Part shown: piece after piece, positions 44,481-49,088 of the stretch | Layout of the letters: each line of letters begins with the position of its first letter | How positions within the stretch are numbered: position 1 is the stretch's first letter | DNA from: Gemmatimonadales bacterium | GTDB taxonomy: Bacteria; Gemmatimonadota; Gemmatimonadetes; Palauibacterales; Palauibacteraceae | DNA: 49,088 nt | Direction of reading: 5' to 3' | Assembly: GCA_050114915.1 (NCBI GenBank) | Contig: JASFRN010000004.1 | Location: 1 to 49,088 of the forward strand | Translations under genes and position numbers: made by a program | The notes under the pieces: model-generated | Told to the model about the DNA's origin: nothing | Databases searched by the model: none | Seen by the model: only the letters and a program-made list of their open reading frames with translations

Positions 44481-47396
44481 ATGAGCGTGGCCGAACGGCT
44501 GATCCACGAGTTGAAGCGCGTCGTGGACGGAGAGGTCCGTTTCGACGCCGGCACGCGCGCCGCCTACTCCCGCGACGCCTCGAACTACCGGCAGATTCCC
44601 ATCGGCGTCGTGCTGCCGCGCCACGAAGAAGACGTGATCGAAGCCGTGCGCCTCTGCCACGAAGCCGGTGCGCCGATCCTTACGCGCGGCGGGGGGACGA
44701 GTCTCGCCGGCCAGTGCGTGAACGTGGCGGTCGTGATCGATTTCTCGAAGCACATGAGCGGGGTGCTCGAGATCGACGCCGGCGCCCGGCGGGCCCGCGT
44801 GCTGCCGGGCACCCGGCTCGACGAGCTCCGCGCGGCGGCCGGGAAGCACGGCCTCACGTTCGGCCCGGATCCCGCGACGCACGCCTGGTGCTGTCTCGGC
44901 GGGATGATCGGCAACAACTCCTGCGGCCCGCATTCGGTGACGGCCGGGAAGACCGTGGACAACGTCGAGGCGCTGGAGGTGTTGACCTCCGACGGGGTGC
45001 GCTTCGGCGTCGGGCCGACCTCCGCCGACGAGCTCCGGCGGATCGTCGCGGGGGGTGGCCGGCGCGGGGAGATCTACGGGACGCTGGCCGCGATCCGTGA
45101 CGAGCATTCCGATCTCATTCGCTCGCGCTACCCCCACATTCCGCGGCGCGTATCGGGCTACAACCTCGACGAGCTGCTTCCCGAGCGGGAGTTTCACGTA
45201 GCGCGGGCGCTGGTCGGCACCGAGGGCACCTGCGTGACGTATCTGGAGGCGACGCTGCGCCTGGTCCCGCGTCCCGCCGAGCGAGCCCTGGTCGTGCTCG
45301 GCTATCCCGACGTCTGCTCCGCCGCCGACCAGGTGCCCGCGGTCCTGGAGCACGGTCCCCTCGCACTGGAGGGAATCGACGGAAGCGTGATCGATGTCCT
45401 GCGTCACGGGCGGCGGGAGTCCGCCGATCGGGACCTGTTCCCCGAGGGCGGTGGTTGGCTGCTCGTGGAATTCGGCGGCGAGACGCGGGCGGATGTCGAG
45501 GAGCGGGCGCGCGGGCTGGCCGCCCGCCTGTGCCGGGAGCGAACCGCCCCGACCGTCGCGGTCCACGTGGATCGGGAGCGCCAGGAAGCCGCGTGGCGCC
45601 TCCGCGAGGCGGCGCTCGGCGCCACCGTCCGCCCGGCCGGCCGGGCCGAAACTCGGCCTGGATGGGAAGATTCCGCCGTCGATCCCACGCGGCTCGGCGA
45701 CTATCTGCGGGACCTTCGCCGCCTGCTCGCCGAACATGGATTCGACGGTCTCCTGTACGGCCACTTCGGCCAGGGGTGCGTCCACTGCAGGATCTCGTTC
45801 GACCTCCAGTCGGCCGAAGGGCTCGCCGCCTATCGATCGTTCGTGGACGAGGCGACCGACCTCGTGGTGTCGTACGGTGGCTCGTTCTCCGGCGAGCACG
45901 GCGACGGGCAGTCCCGCGGCGAGTGGCTGCCCAAGATGTTCGGGTCCGAGCTGATCGATGCGTTCGGCCGTTTCAAGCGTGCCTGGGATCCCGCGGGTCT
46001 GATGAACCCGGGTAAGCTCGTGAATCCTCGCCGCATGACCGACGACCTCGCCGCCGGCCCCGGCCGAGCCCGGAGCGAGCCCCCCACGCGCTTCGCCTTC
46101 CCCGACGACGAGGGCCGTTTCTCCCGGGCCGTCGCGCGTTGCGCAGGCGTCGGAAAGTGCCGGCGTCTCGACGGCGGAACGATGTGCCCGAGCTACATGG
46201 CGACCCGCGACGAGACGCATACGACCCGTGGTCGAGCCCGAATCCTGTTCGAGATGCTGGAAGCCGACGATGGCGGGGTGAAGGGCTGGCGCGACGATCA
46301 CGTGCACGAGGCCCTCGACCTCTGCCTGGCCTGCAAAGGGTGCAAGTCGGACTGCCCCGTGGGCGTCGACATGGCGACGTACAAGGCCGAGTTCCTCAGC
46401 CACTACTACGAGGGGCGGTTGCGGCCGCGTTCCGCCTACGCGATGGGGCTGGTGCACTGGTGGCTGCGCGCGGCTTCGCGCGCACCCGCCGTCGTCAACT
46501 TCCTCGGCCGGGCGCCGGGCACCGCCGCGGCCGCGAAGTGGCTAGCCGGAATCGCCCCCGAGCGCGAGCTGCCTCGCATCGCGAGCCGGACCTTCCGGCG
46601 CGGATTCCGACCCCGTGCGGGCCCGGGCCGCTCGCGGTCCGCGCCTGGAGACACGGCAGACGGCAGAGTCCTGCTGTTCCCGGACACGTTCAACAACTTC
46701 TTCCATCCGGAGACCCTGCGGGCCGGCGTCGACGTGCTCGAAGCGGCGGGCGGCCACGTGGAGATTCCGCCGCGCATCCTGTGCTGCGGACGGCCGCTGT
46801 ACGACTACGGCATGCTCGACCTGGCCCGGCGCCAGCTCCGCAGGATCCTCGACACCCTCCGGCCGTGGATCCGGGGCGGCGTTCCGATGGTCGTGCTCGA
46901 GCCGAGCTGCGCGGCCACGTTCCGCGACGAGCTCCGCGGCCTGTTTCCCGACGATCCCGACGCCGAGGGTCTGCGCCGGCAGACCTTCACCCTGGCCGAG
47001 TACCTGGCCCGCTGGCGCCCCGACTGGACGCCGCCGAAGCTCGAGGGTCGCGGCGTCTACTGGGGACACTGCCACCACCGGTCGATCATGGGGACCGAGG
47101 CCGACCGGCAGCTGCTGGCCGCGATGGAGCTCGAGCTCGCCCCGGCCGGCACGGGCTGCTGCGGGATGGCCGGAGCATTCGGCTTCGAGCGGGAGCACTA
47201 CGACCTGTCGATCGCGGTCGGCGAGCGCGACCTGCTGCCCCGCGCCCGGGCGCTCGGCGAGGACGAGCTCATGGTGGCCGACGGCTTCAGCTGCCGCGAA
47301 CAGCTCCGACAGACGGTCGGCCGCCGCCCGCTGCACCTCGCCGAATTGCTGAGCGAAGCGCTTCGGGCCGCACCCGGTGCCCGGGCGGACGCATGA
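44481..47396 (+). CDS. FAD-binding, Fe-S-containing oxidoreductase (D-2-hydroxyacid dehydrogenase / YdiJ-like)
   Basis: DASNYRQ.P, RGGGTSLAGQ, GGMIGNNSCG, GEHGDG, CAGVGKC, CLACKGCKSDCP, CCG motifs. Confidence 0.92.
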   Translation: MSVAERLIHELKRVVDGEVRFDAGTRAAYSRDASNYRQIPIGVVLPRHEEDVIEAVRLCHEAGAPILTRGGGTSLAGQCVNVAVVIDFSKHMSGVLEIDAGARRARVLPGTRLDELRAAAGKHGLTFGPDPATHAWCCLGGMIGNNSCGPHSVTAGKTVDNVEALEVLTSDGVRFGVGPTSADELRRIVAGGGRRGEIYGTLAAIRDEHSDLIRSRYPHIPRRVSGYNLDELLPEREFHVARALVGTEGTCVTYLEATLRLVPRPAERALVVLGYPDVCSAADQVPAVLEHGPLALEGIDGSVIDVLRHGRRESADRDLFPEGGGWLLVEFGGETRADVEERARGLAARLCRERTAPTVAVHVDRERQEAAWRLREAALGATVRPAGRAETRPGWEDSAVDPTRLGDYLRDLRRLLAEHGFDGLLYGHFGQGCVHCRISFDLQSAEGLAAYRSFVDEATDLVVSYGGSFSGEHGDGQSRGEWLPKMFGSELIDAFGRFKRAWDPAGLMNPGKLVNPRRMTDDLAAGPGRARSEPPTRFAFPDDEGRFSRAVARCAGVGKCRRLDGGTMCPSYMATRDETHTTRGRARILFEMLEADDGGVKGWRDDHVHEALDLCLACKGCKSDCPVGVDMATYKAEFLSHYYEGRLRPRSAYAMGLVHWWLRAASRAPAVVNFLGRAPGTAAAAKWLAGIAPERELPRIASRTFRRGFRPRAGPGRSRSAPGDTADGRVLLFPDTFNNFFHPETLRAGVDVLEAAGGHVEIPPRILCCGRPLYDYGMLDLARRQLRRILDTLRPWIRGGVPMVVLEPSCAATFRDELRGLFPDDPDAEGLRRQTFTLAEYLARWRPDWTPPKLEGRGVYWGHCHHRSIMGTEADRQLLAAMELELAPAGTGCCGMAGAFGFEREHYDLSIAVGERDLLPRARALGEDELMVADGFSCREQLRQTVGRRPLHLAELLSEALRAAPGARADA

Positions 47397-49088
47397 GCGC
47401 CGACTCCGGCGGATACTCTCCGATCGAGGATTACGCGGCGCTGGGCAACGGCCACTCGGTCGCTCTCGTCTCCCGCCGCGGGTCGGTCGACTGGTGGTGT
47501 CCACAGCGCTTCGACGGTCCGTCGGTGTTCGCGGCGTTGCTGGACGCCGAGCGCGGCGGCCGCTTCGAGATACGTCCACGGGGCGTCAGGGCCGTGGAGC
47601 GTCGCTACCTGCCGGGAACGAACGTGCTGGAGACGCGATTCCGCACGGACACCGGCGCGCTGCGCCTGCTCGACCTGGTGCCGGTGACCGCCGACGAGTC
47701 GGCGGTAGACATCGAAATGCATCACGGGCTCCTCCGTGACCTCGAGTGTACCTCCGGCCAGGTCGAAGTCGAGGTTCTGTACGAGCCCCGGTGGGAGTAT
47801 GGACGGGTGGATGCCCGGCTCGTGGATCGGGGGTCGCAAGGTCTCTACGCCGGACACCGGGCGGACGCGCTCCTGCTGCGTTCCGACGTGCCGCTCGAGA
47901 TCGCACCGGGCATGGGCTCCGCTTCGGGCTCGGCCATGCTGCGCGAGGGCGAACGCGCCCGGCTGGTCCTGTCGTTCGCCAGGCGGGAACCGCTGGTCGT
48001 GCCCGACCTGGCGGCCGGAACGGATCGGGTGCGGGAACGGACCTGCGATTGGTGGCGGAGCTGGAGCGACGGAACCAGCTACGACGGGCCGTACCGCGAC
48101 GCCGTGCTGCGCAGCGGCCTGGTCCTGCGAATGCTCACCTTCTCGCCCTCGGGCGCCATTGTCGCGGCCCCCACCACCTCGCTGCCCGAGGAGCTCGGCG
48201 GTGATCGGAACTGGGACTACCGCTACTGCTGGCTCCGTGACGCCACCATGACCGTCCGGGTGCTGATCGAGCTCGGCGACGAGGAGCTGGGCGAGGCGTT
48301 CCTGAACTGGATGCTGCACGCGACCCGCCTGACCCAGCCGGAGCTCGGCGTGCTGTACGACGTGTTCGGGCGCAGCGACGTGGCCGAACGGACGCTCGGC
48401 TACCTGGCCGGTTATCGGAATTCGTCGCCGGTGCGGGTCGGAAACGCGGCCTCCCGTCAGATCCAGCTCGACGTATACGGGGAAGTCGTCGGCGCGGCCC
48501 GGGAGTTCGTCGAGCACGGAGGGCGCCTGGGATCGATGAAAGCCCGGATCCTCGTCGGCCTCGGGGAGAGCGTGTGCCGGCACTGGAAGGAACCGGACCA
48601 CGGCATCTGGGAAGTGAGATCGGGAAGGCGGCATCACACGCTGTCGAAGGTGCAGTGCTGGCGCGCGCTCGATGACCTGCTCGCGCTGCACGAACGGGGG
48701 CACCTCCGGGTGCCGGTCGCGCGCTTCGAAGCGGAGCGGGACGCGATCCGGGCGGCGGTCGAGGCGTCGGGGTGGAGCGACGAAGCGGGCAGCTACGTCA
48801 GCTGGTTCGGTGGGCACGCGGTGGACGCCAGCCTCCTGCTGCTCGGCCTGCACGGCTACGCGAAAGCCGATTCTCCGCGCATGCTGGCCACCTGGGAGCG
48901 TATCGAGACCGAGCTGGAGACCCGGGGGTGGCTGCGTCGCTACGGCGCCGACTACGAGGACGGCGTGACCGGGGCGGAGGGAGCGTTCGGTATCTGCACC
49001 TTCTGGGCTGCCGAGTATCTCGCGGCCGCCGGACGGGTGGACGAGGCGCGGGCGTGGTTCGACAACGCACTCGGCCGGGCCAACGACG
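47393..49088 (+). CDS. Glycoside hydrolase family 15 protein, runs off window
   Basis: Absent from the ORF track; ATG 47393 overlaps previous stop; PIEDYA.LGN, DW.C..RFD.PS.F, AAPTTSLPE, RNWDYRYCWLRD, QLDVYGE, DHGIWE.R. Confidence 0.93.
   Translation, partial: MSADSGGYSPIEDYAALGNGHSVALVSRRGSVDWWCPQRFDGPSVFAALLDAERGGRFEIRPRGVRAVERRYLPGTNVLETRFRTDTGALRLLDLVPVTADESAVDIEMHHGLLRDLECTSGQVEVEVLYEPRWEYGRVDARLVDRGSQGLYAGHRADALLLRSDVPLEIAPGMGSASGSAMLREGERARLVLSFARREPLVVPDLAAGTDRVRERTCDWWRSWSDGTSYDGPYRDAVLRSGLVLRMLTFSPSGAIVAAPTTSLPEELGGDRNWDYRYCWLRDATMTVRVLIELGDEELGEAFLNWMLHATRLTQPELGVLYDVFGRSDVAERTLGYLAGYRNSSPVRVGNAASRQIQLDVYGEVVGAAREFVEHGGRLGSMKARILVGLGESVCRHWKEPDHGIWEVRSGRRHHTLSKVQCWRALDDLLALHERGHLRVPVARFEAERDAIRAAVEASGWSDEAGSYVSWFGGHAVDASLLLLGLHGYAKADSPRMLATWERIETELETRGWLRRYGADYEDGVTGAEGAFGICTFWAAEYLAAAGRVDEARAWFDNALGRAND

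Noticed and set aside
43797-46457. 886-aa minus-strand ORF
   Set aside because: Mostly antisense to the FAD/Fe-S oxidoreductase; only the last 163 codons (DUF421) look real
1-49088. CRISPR arrays, tRNA/rRNA genes, IS elements; many long Arg/Pro/Gly-rich alternative-frame ORFs
   Set aside because: No repeat-spacer periodicity, cloverleaf or transposase motifs seen by eye; long off-frame ORFs are expected at this GC content

Overview
Very GC-rich (about 70% by eye) bacterial chromosomal segment. The lipoprotein-type clade II nosZ and the gene content would fit Gemmatimonadota, but the taxon is inference only. No rRNA, tRNA, CRISPR or mobile element was seen. Left to right: P1 (DmpA/S58) peptidase (partial); a tandem pair of small uncharacterised paralogues behind a sigma54-type promoter; a menaquinone operon headed by its own DAHP synthase (aroF-menF-menD-menB-menA-menC-menE, no menH); a zincin; a clade II nitrous-oxide reductase cluster (cytochrome c, nosZ, NosB-like::NosD fusion, nosF, nosY; no nosL/nosR/nosGH). 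Two paralogous Cys-rich SufR/COG2345-like regulators bracket the nos cluster, and each has the same back-to-back sigma70 promoter architecture. One copy drives the nos operon; the other drives a short, rod-like, apparently non-coding transcript (sRNA candidate). Then: a sigma54 two-component system with a QseG-like lipoprotein and divergent OmpA-type targets; two MgtC genes with a possible secretion-linked leader; lipid kinase; PAS-GGDEF-EAL; cupin; beta-carbonic anhydrase; SDR/ALDH; a membrane-bound group 1 [NiFe]-hydrogenase operon; M1 peptidase; Kup; DUF421; FAD/Fe-S oxidoreductase; GH15 (partial). Best leads: the duplicated regulator/promoter unit with its sRNA candidate, the NosB-NosD fusion, and co-location of H2-uptake, menaquinone and N2O-reduction modules.
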